Shown here one piece after another: positions 10,662 through 23,400 of a stretch of 64,000 nt of DNA (position 1 is its first letter; every line of letters starts with the position of its first letter). The notes below the pieces were generated by a model. It did not search any database and was not told where the DNA came from. It was given only the letters and a program-made list of their open reading frames with translations. The DNA comes from a virus (Duplodnaviria > Caudoviricetes). The position numbers were made by a program, and so were the translations under genes. Location: positions 1-64,000 of IMG/VR virus record IMGVR_UViG_3300020151_002511; one strand, given 5' to 3'.

Positions 10662-11390
10662 ATGTATAAAGACATTGAACAGTTAAAGATACAAAAAAGA
10701 CAACTTTTAGATTACACTAATCAAGTAGAATCTACTAGGAGAGAAAAAGGTTTACCTGATCCATTCTCCAATATGTCTTTTGCTGGAGTCGACATCCAAG
10801 CAACAATGGTATTGCCAAAAATTGGAGCCAATACATCAAGTGATGATGGAGATTTTATTGAACTTGCAGAGTTGCAAACAATATCATATTCTATACACAG
10901 AGAAAATAGTCCAGTAAGAACCTTGGGTCATGTGAATCCAAGAGGATTTGTAAAAGGATCAAGAACAATAGCTGGATCTTTAATCTTTACAGTATTCAAT
11001 GAATATGCTTTCTATAGAATTAAACAGTTTCAAAGAGCTATTGCAGAAAATAATTACTCGCCATTGGCAGACATGCTTCCGCCTTTTGATGTTGTGTTAA
11101 CTTTTTTTAATGAATATGGTTTAGCTGCTAAAATGAAATTATTCGGAATTACTATAGTAGACGAAGGTCAAACAATGTCTATAGATGACTTAATTACCGA
11201 ACAGACATATACTTACATGGCAAGAGGAATACAGCCGCTAATGCACCTTGATGCAAATGAGTCTAGGAATTTGTATTCCGACAATAAAGATGGTAGGGAA
11301 AGACAGGCTTATGATCTTCAAGGGTCTACTAATTTTTTTGGTGATAGAATAGAACTATACAAGAATTTCATTAACACAAGGATTCAGTAA
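10662..11390 (+). CDS. Tail-tube-like paralogue 2
   Basis: Shares SFAGVDI, ISYSIHRE..PV.TLG..NPRGF.KG.RTIAGSLIFTVF, PPFDV.LTF.NEYG and S.DD...E.T.TY.AR with 9901-10590. Confidence 0.75.
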   Translation: MYKDIEQLKIQKRQLLDYTNQVESTRREKGLPDPFSNMSFAGVDIQATMVLPKIGANTSSDDGDFIELAELQTISYSIHRENSPVRTLGHVNPRGFVKGSRTIAGSLIFTVFNEYAFYRIKQFQRAIAENNYSPLADMLPPFDVVLTFFNEYGLAAKMKLFGITIVDEGQTMSIDDLITEQTYTYMARGIQPLMHLDANESRNLYSDNKDGRERQAYDLQGSTNFFGDRIELYKNFINTRIQ

Positions 11391-12439
11391 TGGCAGAAAG
11401 ATCTACTCAAAGAAGCCCCTATAGGCCCTTCACTGCCTATATGCCTAATAACTTAAAAAGTGGAGATAAAGACGGAACAGATTTCTTTGACCCGTTAAAT
11501 AAAGCTATAGATCTAGAGTGGGGCGGAAATAGAGAAGATCAAAAATTTAATAATTATTATGATTATTTTTTCTCTGGTGAAGATGTAAAAGTTTATATTG
11601 ATGGACTGTTTGATGATTCAGATGAAATGGATATTGCAGCTCTAGGGTATGTTGTAAAACAAGAGAAGCAACCGTTATATGGCTTTTGGTCATACAACTA
11701 TGATGCAATGATGCTTGGAACTAGACTGATCACCGGTGAGCTATCTATATACTCTAGATATCCTAGAAGAATGACTGAGATGCTAGAAAAAGCTGCTAAG
11801 GTAAGAACTGAAAGCTCTAGTGCAAATCCTTCTAGATCTGTGATTTCTACTCTTGGGGTCGATGCTGCAAGAAAAGATGATGAACTAAATATTGAAAAAT
11901 ATTGGCTTAACTCTGAATTAGATAGAATAACTGCAGATCCAATGATGAATACATTGGTCGACATGGCTGATCCAAATCACAATATCTTTAGTGCTCATCC
12001 ACCATTTAACTTGGTAATATTTTATGGAATAGAAGAAAGTGGAATAACAAATTCTTCTGTTGTTACTTATGATTCTAGCAATGAAATTAATAGACAATTA
12101 AATTCAGATAGAATTATGGCAACAGATACCAATGAAAGAAAAACTTTCACCAGTATAAGCAGTCCTATGAGAATTGTTTTACAAAATGTAAACTTAGTTG
12201 CTATGTCCACATCATACACAAGTGGAGGTCAGCCACTGGTTGAAAATTACCAATTTATTGCAAGAGACTTCTACTTTACAAGTGCAAAAATTGGAGACAA
12301 GCCCCTCGCTCAGCAGAGAGCAACAGTGCCTAGCAACTCTGAATCAGAGCAAGCTAAATCTAGTGGTAAAGCTACCACTAAGACTGAAACAATTACGACT
12401 GGAACCAAAAGCGCTTCTCGTATTGCTTCTGAATTATAA
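11390..12439 (+). CDS. Tail-tube-like paralogue 3 (possible tube initiator)
   Basis: FSGEDV, QEKQPLYG, G.RLITG.L.I, HPPFNL.I.YG and E.YQFIARD are a diverged version of the same tube motifs. Confidence 0.6.
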   Translation: MAERSTQRSPYRPFTAYMPNNLKSGDKDGTDFFDPLNKAIDLEWGGNREDQKFNNYYDYFFSGEDVKVYIDGLFDDSDEMDIAALGYVVKQEKQPLYGFWSYNYDAMMLGTRLITGELSIYSRYPRRMTEMLEKAAKVRTESSSANPSRSVISTLGVDAARKDDELNIEKYWLNSELDRITADPMMNTLVDMADPNHNIFSAHPPFNLVIFYGIEESGITNSSVVTYDSSNEINRQLNSDRIMATDTNERKTFTSISSPMRIVLQNVNLVAMSTSYTSGGQPLVENYQFIARDFYFTSAKIGDKPLAQQRATVPSNSESEQAKSSGKATTKTETITTGTKSASRIASEL

Positions 12440-12518
12440 TAAAATATATTTATTTTGTTTATATTTTAAATTATGATATATTGTATATTGACAAGTCCAT
12501 GCGCAAAAGGAGTACTTA

Positions 12519-13052
12519 ATGTCAAGTGAAAAAAAAGTAGTCATCACTACAGATGAGGCTACAAGAGATGAATATGGTTTTGATGATTACAAAATCATAT
12601 CTACAGAAGATACAGATGAAGAAGATACAAATGAAAATGTAACTGATGAATCTAATGAAGACAATGCTTCGATGAGAGTTGAAGACTTAGATGATAATGA
12701 AGAAATTTGGGAAGGCGGACCCAATGCTGGTCAAATCAAGCATTGGAAAAGTATTCACGGAGATGTATACGTAACTTCAATTACATATGATAAACACATT
12801 GTATGGAGAACTCTTACAAGAAATGAATACAAGCAGCTAGTAAAAAAGATGGAGCAGCTTGTTCAGGCTGGCCAGCTTTCTTCTGCAGAAGCCAACCTTT
12901 GGAACGAAGAAGCCATTACCGAAATATGCTTGTTATTCCCGGCCTATGACAGAATGGCTCTTTCAAATGAAATGGCAGGTTTGCCATCTCTTCTTTCTCA
13001 AGAAATCTTAGAAGCATCAGGCTTCGTTGCTCTTGAGGTTCGTCAGTTATAA
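12519..13052 (+). CDS. Putative tail assembly chaperone A
   Basis: Lies between tube and tape-measure-like genes; WK..HGDVY, VWR.L.R.EYK, GLPSLLSQEILEASGF; AGGAG RBS. Confidence 0.6.
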   Translation: MSSEKKVVITTDEATRDEYGFDDYKIISTEDTDEEDTNENVTDESNEDNASMRVEDLDDNEEIWEGGPNAGQIKHWKSIHGDVYVTSITYDKHIVWRTLTRNEYKQLVKKMEQLVQAGQLSSAEANLWNEEAITEICLLFPAYDRMALSNEMAGLPSLLSQEILEASGFVALEVRQL

Positions 13053-13682
13053 ATGATAGATCCTGAAGTTCTCATAGAACTTAAGCAGAAGTATGGTCCC
13101 CTTTTTGCAATTAGCATTAAGGGGATCGACCTGCTTTTCAGGGAACTAACATTTAAAGAGTTCGATGACATAATAAAAATCCAAGATGGTGGATACTTTT
13201 CTTCAGCGGATTCAGAAGATAAAATTTTAGAGGCAACTCTTGTTTACCCAGATCTAAAAGCTCTTGATAGAATTCCAGCTGGCGCAGTATCAAGTCTTTC
13301 TCAAGAAATATTAGATGCATCTGGCTTTGCCTCAGCTAAAACAGCAAAAAGAATCTTGGACGAAAAAAGATCTAATGCTAGTGAAGTAAGAACTTTAATG
13401 AAAGCTTTTGTTCTAGCTACTATACATTCATACTCTCCAGAAGATCTGGACAATATGACCTTTTCTCAGTTAGCAGATAAAGTCGCTTTAGCCGAAAAAA
13501 TTATAGAAGTAACTCAGACAATGAATGGAATCCAGCCATCAGATATGAGGCTTGATCTGATAGACCCAGAAGAAGAAGCTGAAAGAGAAAAAGCAAAAGC
13601 AGCCAATTACAATTCTTTAAAGAAACAAGGCGAAGCTGTTTACGAAGATCCTGTGGCCAAAAAATTATGGGGATCACTTTAA
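13053..13682 (+). CDS. Putative tail assembly chaperone B (paralogue of A)
   Basis: LKQKYG, FR.L...EF, GAVSSLSQEILDASGF match chaperone A. Confidence 0.6.
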   Translation: MIDPEVLIELKQKYGPLFAISIKGIDLLFRELTFKEFDDIIKIQDGGYFSSADSEDKILEATLVYPDLKALDRIPAGAVSSLSQEILDASGFASAKTAKRILDEKRSNASEVRTLMKAFVLATIHSYSPEDLDNMTFSQLADKVALAEKIIEVTQTMNGIQPSDMRLDLIDPEEEAEREKAKAANYNSLKKQGEAVYEDPVAKKLWGSL

Positions 13683-13695
13683 TCAGGAGGATTAA

Positions 13696-16600
13696 ATGTT
13701 TAGGGACAAAGGACCTATTCAAAATATAGGATACGGCGTCTCATCAAGAGACATGCCTTCCAAAGAAGGGGAAACGGAAACTCCTAGTCCTAATTCTGGT
13801 TATATAGCAAAAGCTTTAGATCAACACCCAATAATGAGATTCTTGGGAGCAGCAGCAACTACAATGGTTGCTACTACGGTAGCCTCAAGAGTTTCAAGAG
13901 GTGCTGGACTTAGACTCGGTCAATCTCTGCAGTCATCTGCAGATAAAGCTGTAGGCGCAGGAAGAACCAATGCTCTTTCAACAAGGCTGGTTAGATCTGT
14001 TAGGGATCTACGTGAAGCTTTTGATGAGCTAGGTGGGGTATCTAGAACTATAGACGGTGTTGATGACCCGTATTCAAAAGTAGTTCATGAAGTAGATGGA
14101 AAACTTACTACTGGCTATGACCCTAAGCTTTCTGGAAGATACTTTAGAAGACCAATAAGCGCAGATGGCAGAAGAACAACTGCCAGGGGAAGAACTTCTG
14201 AGTCAGCTGAAGTATGGACGCTCAGAGATGACATACAGACCAGAATGGTTAGTCTAGCAAGAAGACTCCCATATGAACTTCCGGCAATGTATGCTACTCA
14301 AAGGGCTGTAATAGATCCTTTATTTGGCGAAGATCAAGACAAACCAAGACTTAAGTGGTACAACCCAGCAGACGTAATAACAGATTTTGTTAAGCAGTCA
14401 ACAATAAACCTAACAACAATGATGCTGCCCTTTGAGGCAATAGGTGCTGCTGGTGCTGCTGGTAGAAGTTCTTTAACGACTTTTGCTGCTTCAATGGAAG
14501 ACCTCAGGGCTTTATCTCCACTACAAAGAAAAGCTGCAAATACAGCAATTGATCTAAAGTCCCTACTTGCAGAAGTTGGGCAAGATATATCCAATGTAAC
14601 GGGTAAGGCACTAAAGCTATCTTCACAAACATCTGGAGCTTTTGCTGCTGGTATTGGAGAAGTAAAAAATTCACAACCAGAATTTGTTCAAGCCCTAAAG
14701 GCAGCTAGACATGGTGCTTCAGTAGCAGCTCAAGAAGCATATAATAAAAATCCAAAAAATAGACTAAAAATTCATACAGCAAGAGCTAAAGGTTTTTTTA
14801 CTGGAGAATCAGATGATGGACTTGGCATTCTCGATACAATGCCAGGTTTTAAGGGTTTTAGATCTGGATCAGTAGTAGCAAAAAATCAATTTAAAGCTCT
14901 AGGAGTTGCTCATGATGTTGTGTCTGGCAGGCTTTCAGAACAGGCTGCACTTGGTCAAATAGTTCAAAAGTTTGGATACTCTTCTAGAGGGGCCCTTGAT
15001 GATGCTTTATCTAATAACGCTCTAAATTTAAAACTTAGAGGGTTAGATGCTACTAGCGCAGAAAGCCTTTTGCAAAAGTCTATTAATGCTGTTCAATCAC
15101 AACATTCAAGTAAGTTAAGTAAACTTGCACAAAGTTACCACACTCTAGGTAGAGGTGGACCAGGAGACTTAACAACTGGAGGCTATTCAAATGAAGCCTT
15201 TAGGGGAAGCGATTTTTACAAAGGCCAATTAGAGGATGAATATAAAAATCAATTAGCTAGACATTTAATTAAAGAAAAAGGAGTAAACAAAACTCTTGCG
15301 GATAGATTTGTTGCCAACATAGAGATCAACACACTGCCTTCAAGAAGAAGTGTTTCTAATATAACAAATAGAATAACACTAGGTAGAAAATCTACATTTA
15401 CCGATGATGCAGTAGATGGCGGAGATTCAGCTTCTAGTTTCTTTGATGATATTTTAGAAAAGTTTAGAACTGTTAAGGGTGGAAGAGATTTTCAAGAAGC
15501 ATTAGGAAGCCGGAAATGCTTTAGCTGACTCTATAAGAGAAATAGATTCTATGTTTCTTAGTGAGGAGTTTAGAAAGAGCCTAACGCAGAAAATAGCATC
15601 TAATTGGAATCAAGTTAGATCTAGCTATTTACCCCAAGCTGCATCGCAAACCTTAAAGCCATCTAAGCAAAGTTATCTTGATTTTATTGGAAATATTTCT
15701 GAAGGAAAACAATCTTTTCTTACTAGAAAAACCGCACAAACTCTTGGGATCAAATTAACTGACTCAACTGGTAAGTCAATATCAACAAGCGTACTAAGAT
15801 CCGACATTGCCAAAAAGGGAATAGACCCAAATGACTTTGGGTACATGAGAGATTTTCTTCTCAATCAAAGGAAATTGTCAACAGGATTCTTTGGTGGTCA
15901 ATCTAATATTCTTGGACTAAGGCCAGTATTAGTTGATGACGCTCTTGAAAGAGGAGTCTTTAAATATCTTCCAGAAGAGCAACAAGCTTCAATTAGACAA
16001 ATAGCTTCTGCTCAAGCAGCATTTGATCCAGTAACTGGGGGTCTTGGTTCGGCCACTCAAACAATGGGTCAAAGTGCAATTAGAGGGATGTATAAAACTA
16101 GGTCTGGAGAAATACTAGATTTTACGCAAGTTGCCAATGTTTTAACTAGGGCAAAAGACTTTATAGCTTCTGATTTTAAAATACCTATTGTTGGATTTAA
16201 TCCAGCTGACATGTTAGGTGCAAGATCTCTTGCTGATGCAAGAAGATCTCCAATGCTGCAGTATGTAAGCTCAAGGTCGGTTCAGCCATTTGTTCCTCAG
16301 GGTCAATCTAGGCCAGATTTTTACCTTTTAAATAAAAACAAAGGAACAAAAGGAGTTCTTACAGAATTTGGTGGAGCTTTTGGCGATAGAAGAATAAGAG
16401 ACTTATCTGGTCTCTATAGACCAATTCCTTCTTCTAGTACGGAAATATTTAGCCGTGAAGCTAGAAATGCAACAGGAATGACTGGTGAAAGAGTTGATGA
16501 AGTCGGTGGTCAAGTAAGTAAATTTTCTAGGTTTAAAAAAGCATTTGATATAGATGCAGAACAACCTAACTCTTTATTTAGGCTTGGTAGAAGATTTAGA

Positions 16601-19600
16601 GATAGAGCTTCTGACATTAACAATAATAGAGTAATTTCAAAAATTATTTCTTCTCAAGATCAAAGCCTTTCTTATGGTAGAGGAGCTAAACAATCAAGAC
16701 TTACTCTTGATAAAAATTCTTTAAATATTACTGACGAACTTGGAAATGTAAAATATAACCAATCTGAGGTATTAAAAGCTGTTGAATCATTTAGAAAAAA
16801 TACATTCAAGTTTAATATAAATCAAAAGATAATGAAAAAACTTGAAGATGATGTACCTGGTTTATTTACATCAGCTGGAGTAAAAGCAAGCTCTATAGCT
16901 AGCCGTGGAGATATTAGACAGTCAGTAAGGTCTTTGAAGCTTGATGAATCAGCAACTATATCCACCTTAAATCGTCAAGGTGTTGACACAAATCAGTTAC
17001 AAGGGCTTCAAGGATCTTTTTCTAGAATTGAAAAATATCTTGACTCAGATGTAACTGATATTGATCAAGCAAAAAATGAGATATTTAGATACATAGCTCA
17101 AAAAAACGAAATGCTAAGACAGGCAGCGCCTGCAGCATCTAAAACAACTCATAGCACTGAAGACATATTCACTCAAATATCTAAAATTACTAGGCAGCTG
17201 CAATCAGAGGGTAAAATAGGTATAGACGCTGCAGTTGAGGCAAGAGCTTATGGTATATCTACTTTGTTCAACTTTTCTGCTTTTACAACGTTTGCTGGAG
17301 AAAAAACAGGAACACAAAGTGCAGCTAGCGCACTAAAAAAAGTTTTAAACCTTTCTGAGAATAATAAAGAAATAAGATCATTATTTGATGTATTTAATAA
17401 GGGTCAAGTGTCTATGGTTGACACTTCGATTAGAAGACCTCTTTCAAGAGCTCTTCCATCTTTAAGTAGCAAGTTTGGAACTGCACCTTATGAACTAAAT
17501 GACATGTCAGTTAACCTTTTGGGTTCTGGGCAAGACTACACCATGCTTCCAACTTTTGGAACAGTCTTTTCAAGAGATCCACTTGGAGCAACAAAAAGTG
17601 CATTAGGGTTTGGAACTTATAAGAATCCAGAAACTTTTTCAAGTGGTTCCATTCCAATGTCTCATATGTTTGGAAGGCTTAATAAGTATTTCGGAACATT
17701 CGGCATGCAGCTTGATCAAAGTAAGTATGGTGGTCCGGTAGATCTTTACATGCGTGGAATGATTGGAAAAAGAGCTCTTCCAATTACTGCCGTTGGAGCA
17801 ACGGCACTAGCTGTAGATAGAACTATAGGTGGAGCAGTAAACGAAAGAGACGAAAAAGGCAACAGGGTTTACTCTCCGTTCTTCACCACAAAGGCTGCTA
17901 GAATCGCCGTAGAGGGCCAATCAATCGGTGCAGGCCTAATGCCAGGGGGAATGTCGTACGAAGAGAAAAAAGAGCAATTACTTGAAGGCGAAGTTCCAAT
18001 TAGGCAAGGAAGATTTTGGCCACTTGGAACTACTCCATTTCAGGGTGGAAAAGTTCTCTACTATAGACCTTCTTATTATAGAAAATTAGCTGAAGGAAGT
18101 GCATACACTCCAGAATCTGCATTTGAAAGTCCAATAGAAAAACTAGCTTTTGGGTATGACTTCTCTCCACTTAGACCTCTTGATCCGTATAGGTTTGAAA
18201 GAGAAAATTATTCTGATAGACCTTATCCTGTAACTGGAGAATACTTTACTGGACCATATGGTCCAGCTACATCTGTTGCAAATCTTACAATAGGAAGATT
18301 ATTAAAACCACAAGTTCAGATGCATGAAAGAGAAACTAATGCTGCTTTAGCTAACTATGTTCCAGCAGGAGAAAGAGGTGCATATAATGCTGCTGGTTTA
18401 TTAACTTCAGGAAAAGTAACAGCGTTAAACGCTCCAGCATCACAGGGTTCCTACACGTTATCAATGCAAGCGTCTGGGGGTTTTGCATATGGTGGAAATG
18501 GTGAAATAGGGCAAATTAACGCAAGAATGGTTGACGCAGCAGGGCCAACTGCAACTGCATCAAGAGCTGTTCTTGGTCAGATAGGCGCTTATAACCAGCA
18601 ATTAAGAAGTGGAATTTCTTATGGTCCTCCAAAGGTATCAGGAATCATTCCTCCAAATATTATTCCTGTTGGTAAACCTATATCCTATGGGTCAACTCAG
18701 TTTCAAGCAAGTGAGCTAGGTTATAGACTTCAAGAAACAGCTGGTATCTATGGATTTGCATTTGGATCTCTTAGAGAGGGTCTTGGTTTTGGAAATCAGG
18801 ACATGTCTCCTCAGGTATCCGTACTTCAATCGGCATCTAAAGGATACGGTACCACTAGGGCTTTCTGGGATTTGAACCTTGGTGGTTTGGGCGACCTTCC
18901 AACTGCTGGCGAAGGGCCAATGGGTAATATTGAAATTTCTGAAATAGTTAGAAGATTCATACCAAAAGAAAGAAATGACGTTAACTATTTAAACCCAATC
19001 AAAAATACAATGGGTCAACAATATCCTTTCCTTCCAGGTGCAGATTATTTTACTGACTTTACTAGAGGTGACCCATATACTAAAGTTCAAGAGGGTGAAA
19101 TAAGACTTCCTGGAACAGCGTATGAAAGATTTAATACTTTATATGGAGATGAAACAGGAAGGTATGGTAAGGTAAATCAGTTAGACATACTAGCCGATGT
19201 TGCGCCTTATTCAACTCAATTTAGATCTTTAAATAGAACTATAAAAATGGGTGATTTATCTCCGGCAGAAAGAATAAAAGTTGATGAGATAAGAGGACAG
19301 GTAGAAGATACAACTACCAAGTATCAATTCAGTCCTTATAAATATAAAGATACAACTCCAGAAGAAATGGGGATGAATCCCGCTCTACACACCATAAGTA
19401 GAGCTGGAGAATATCTAGCACATAGAGATACTTTTTTTAATACTAAATTTCTGCAAAAAAGAACTGCAGTAGAAGACTGGGAAAGAAAAAATGTTTATGG
19501 AGCAACTTTTCCAGAATGGCAAAGGCCATATGAAAGCTTTATAGAACCACTATTGAATAGAGCTTCTCAAAGAGATCCTATAACCGCTACGTTGGCGACT

Positions 19601-20404
19601 GCTGCTGCAGGATCTTTTTTTGGTAGAACTGCAGCAGGAAAAACTGTTGGATCAATCGTTGGTGGAATGGCTGGTTTTGCAGCATCAGCAAAAGGTAATA
19701 TAACTGAAGCTTTAACAGGTCAAAGAGCAATGCCAGAAGCAAGAGTGAAAGAAATAGCTCTAGAAGAATATATTGACATATTAGGGTATGTTAAAAATAC
19801 AAGTTTGGCCTCAAAGTACCAAGCATCGGGAGACTCAGCTTCTGCTGCTACATTTCAGTCTGCAGCTAAAAGAACAATGTATGGTGCTAGTTTAGAGAAT
19901 TTTTCTGTTGAAAATATATCATTAGCTGTTCCAAAAAGAAAAAGAGAACACTTCAAAGCAATGGTTCAAGAAACTGATCCAGAGCAAAGAGACAGAATAC
20001 TTTCTACAGCAGGAAGATTAGAGAGAAGAATCTATCAAACTGCATGGGGTATGAAGGTAGAGGAAAAACCAGATTTAGCTGAATACTTTAGTAGGCATGA
20101 ACTTCCAGATCAACACTGGGAAGGCTGGCATCCAAATACCAATTTAGAACATGTTAAAATTAAAATGGGTCAGCAGATGGGTCTTGAAATGTCTCAAATG
20201 GGTTACTATCCACAGCAGATAAAAGAAGCTGATCTTACTAATCCTTCATATCCATCATTTCTTCAAAACACAAAAGAAGAAGATGTTGGAGCAGAATTAA
20301 GAGCAATGATGTCAAGAATGGGTGTTTCAGGAAGCGTGAACGCAAATAGAAATCCATATGGATCAAGCGAAGTAAATATCTTCTCAAACCTTAGGTTAGT
20401 ATAA
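13696..20404 (+). CDS. Tape-measure-like large virion protein (~2,235 aa), joined by +1 shift at CGGA 15511
   Basis: Ala/Gly/Ser-rich helical composition with hydrophobic stretches, follows the chaperones; ORF 13696 ends ...GS-CGG-AAA TGC TTT AGC TGA and the +1 frame GNALADSIREIDS runs into ORF 15551. Confidence 0.65.
15511..15514 (+). other. CGG-N +1 recoding site 3 (AGC CGGA AAT)
   Basis: Window bounded by +1-frame TAG 15503-15505 and 0-frame TGA 15526-15528. Confidence 0.85.
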
Positions 20405-20405
20405 T

Positions 20406-23400
20406 ATGTTTGATTTTCTTAAAGGGCAAAGAGCAAATACTAATGTATCTCTTAACTCATTGCCGGACACCACTTACAATCCAATTAACCTAGCTATGCA
20501 TCAGCGAGCTCTAAATGGAACGATGTATGGTCTAGGTGGAATTGTAAAAGCAGATGTTGTTGATGGAGTTGTTAAGTTTATTTATACTAGAACAGGCGAA
20601 GCTTTCCCTAATGTAAGAGAAGCTTTTAATAAAGCCAGTACAGATGGGGTTACGACTTTTACAAGGTTAACCGGAAGGCTTGAGGACTCATCATTAAATA
20701 TGAGGGGCCTTGGTGGAATGGAACAAAGGCTTATTGATATAAAGAAAAAGCTCAAAACTCTACCAGAAAATGTATTAACAGGTCTTGGAATATCTGATCC
20801 ATCTAAATTATATTTTGAGATTGGAACATTCAGATCCGTACAGGGTGATACACAAATGGCTAATAAAATTAGAGAAGGTGTTGTAGTTCCAGATGGTAGT
20901 GAATTCAACTTATTAAAAGTTCTTGTTGGAGATCCAGGCAGAGGTGCTGCATTGTCCTTTCAGCAAATATCTGAATTGTTTAGTTTAACATCTGATGATG
21001 TTGGCGGAATATTTGGCAGAGAAGAGCTAATTAAAGCTCTTCAAGAAGGAAAAACTGGTACATTATTTTCTAAAGTTGGAAAAAGAATTAAAGGAGCAAT
21101 AGGTCTTAGAGATGTTTCTTTAGCTGGAGACAACTTAAAAGAAATGTTGCAGTTAGCTGGAATAGGAGGCGATACATTAAATGAAACAAATGTAAAAGTG
21201 TTTAATATTTCCGAAGATCTTTCTCAAATTACTAAAAATTACGAGACTTTAGTAAGCGATCCTAATTTTGTTAAGATGAATAAATTAGCATTCATTAGTG
21301 ACCCTACTGGAATATCTTCTAGAAAAAGAGTAAATATATCAGAATTTTTAATGCAGGGATTAGACGAAGAACAAAAAGCTTTTTATGGTGGGGTTGTTAA
21401 TTTTGAAGATTTAACCGAAACACTCAAAGCGACAACTTTCTTAGATGAAGAAGGAAAAGTTACTGCTAGAGGTTCCGCCGCTCTTCAGTCAATATTAGAT
21501 GGAGTGGATTCTAGCAGTAAGGAAGTTGGAGATGTAAAAAGCCTTTTAAAATCTGCTTTTGAATCTCAGTATGATGGAACTTCAGTTATAAATTCAAAAG
21601 TTTTTAATGCGATGAAAGGCCAGATGCAATCAGAGTTAACCGCACTTGAAGCGGGAGTTAGATCTGGTAGCAGTAGTCCTCAAATAGAATCTAGAATCAT
21701 AGAACTAAGATCACAACTTCAAAATATGACTCCAGATAATTTTCAAGCAATAACTAGCAGAATATTTTTTCAACAAGGCAATCTTCCAAAAATGGTTAAA
21801 GCAGTTGTTGATCAGGCTACGCTCAGGGGGCCACTGAGTAAATATGCATTAATTACTACTGACGTAGCAATGAAGCGTGAAACCGCAATTATGCGGACAA
21901 ACAAGTTCTATAAATTTAGTTCTTCAGGGAGCTCCAAGCTCAAATGTTTATTATGATCCACTTGCTCCAGCATTTCATGGAAATGTCTTTAACAATGAAG
22001 CTACTCGTGAGGCTCAAAGTAGAAGAACCGCAAGAGTAATAAGCTCTCTTCAATCTGCATTAGAAACTGGAGAAGTTAATCCTCTTTTAAGAAGGCAGAT
22101 ATTTGAAGGGGCTGAAAAAAATATAGCAGACCTTCCAGCAGCAAAAAGATCAAGTGCTGAAAGAAATAGGCTATACATGAGGCAATTAAGAGATGCTATT
22201 GAAAGTGGCGTAGACATAAGAAACATGCCTAACCTGTTTAACTATCTACTTAAAGAAGTTCAATCAAATCTATATAGAGAAGTAGATGGATTTTTTGAGC
22301 CAGCACTAGAAGATGCATATAGAGTAGCTATTGACACTGAAACATCTTTCTATTCAGGAAGAAAAAGTGCAGATACAGTTGGTCCAATATTAGGTTCCGG
22401 AAGAAGGGCTATTAAACTTCGGTGAACAAAAAGGACAAGAAATAGATGCTGTTGAATTTCAAATGCAAGGTCATAAAATGTTGTTTGCTGGAAACGCAGC
22501 ATTTGCATTTAAACAATCCCTTGGTGGATTTGACTTAGACGACAAAGGCATAGTTATGCCTAGGGTATTTAAAGATGCTAGCGGAAATGAAAGGCTAAGT
22601 ACATTCATATTCCGTCAACCAACTGGACCGGCAGAATTTATTTTTGCAATGCCAAGGTTTGGTTCTTCTGATACGATTAAAATGTTTTTAGAAAAAAACG
22701 ATGCTCTTATGGAGCAGATAGATTCAGTAAAAAATCAAGATCAATTTTTTGAATTAATTCACCGATCATTGACAGCTAAAGGTGTCGATAAAAGAAATAT
22801 AGATAGAACACTAGCTGAATTAGCTGAGTCTGACTTAGTTGATCGACCAGACAAAGCTGGCTCAATAGAGGGTGCAATTTTAGATTTAATGTCTAGAGCT
22901 GAAGAAAAAGGTTCATATAAAAAACAATTTATTAATTACGATGACCAAATTATGGAAATGCTAAGAAGGGAAGGAAAAGGAGTAGCTTCTCCCCTTCAGC
23001 TAACAAGAGAAAAGGTAGAAGAATTAATATCAAAAGGAACTAGTTTAGTTGATGAACAATTTTTAGTTAATCAATATAACTATGGATCTATATTGAGAGT
23101 GTTTAAAGAATCAGGAAAATTTGATTTTCTTCCCGAAACGCAATCAGAACTAAGAAACTTTTTTAAAAATCAAACAGGAGAAGAGTATACTCAAAAACAA
23201 ATAGGAGATTTCTTAAGTAGATCAAAAGGTCGCAAAGCAAGAAAGCTTCAAGCTATTATTGAATCAGATTTTCAAAGAAGAGCGATAGAAGCTCTTTCTA
23301 AAAAAGAATATATTGGTCAGTACATTAATAAAATGTTAATAGCAACATCTTCATCTGATCAAGAACAAAACATTGTCGATGCGCTAAGAGCTAAAGGTTT

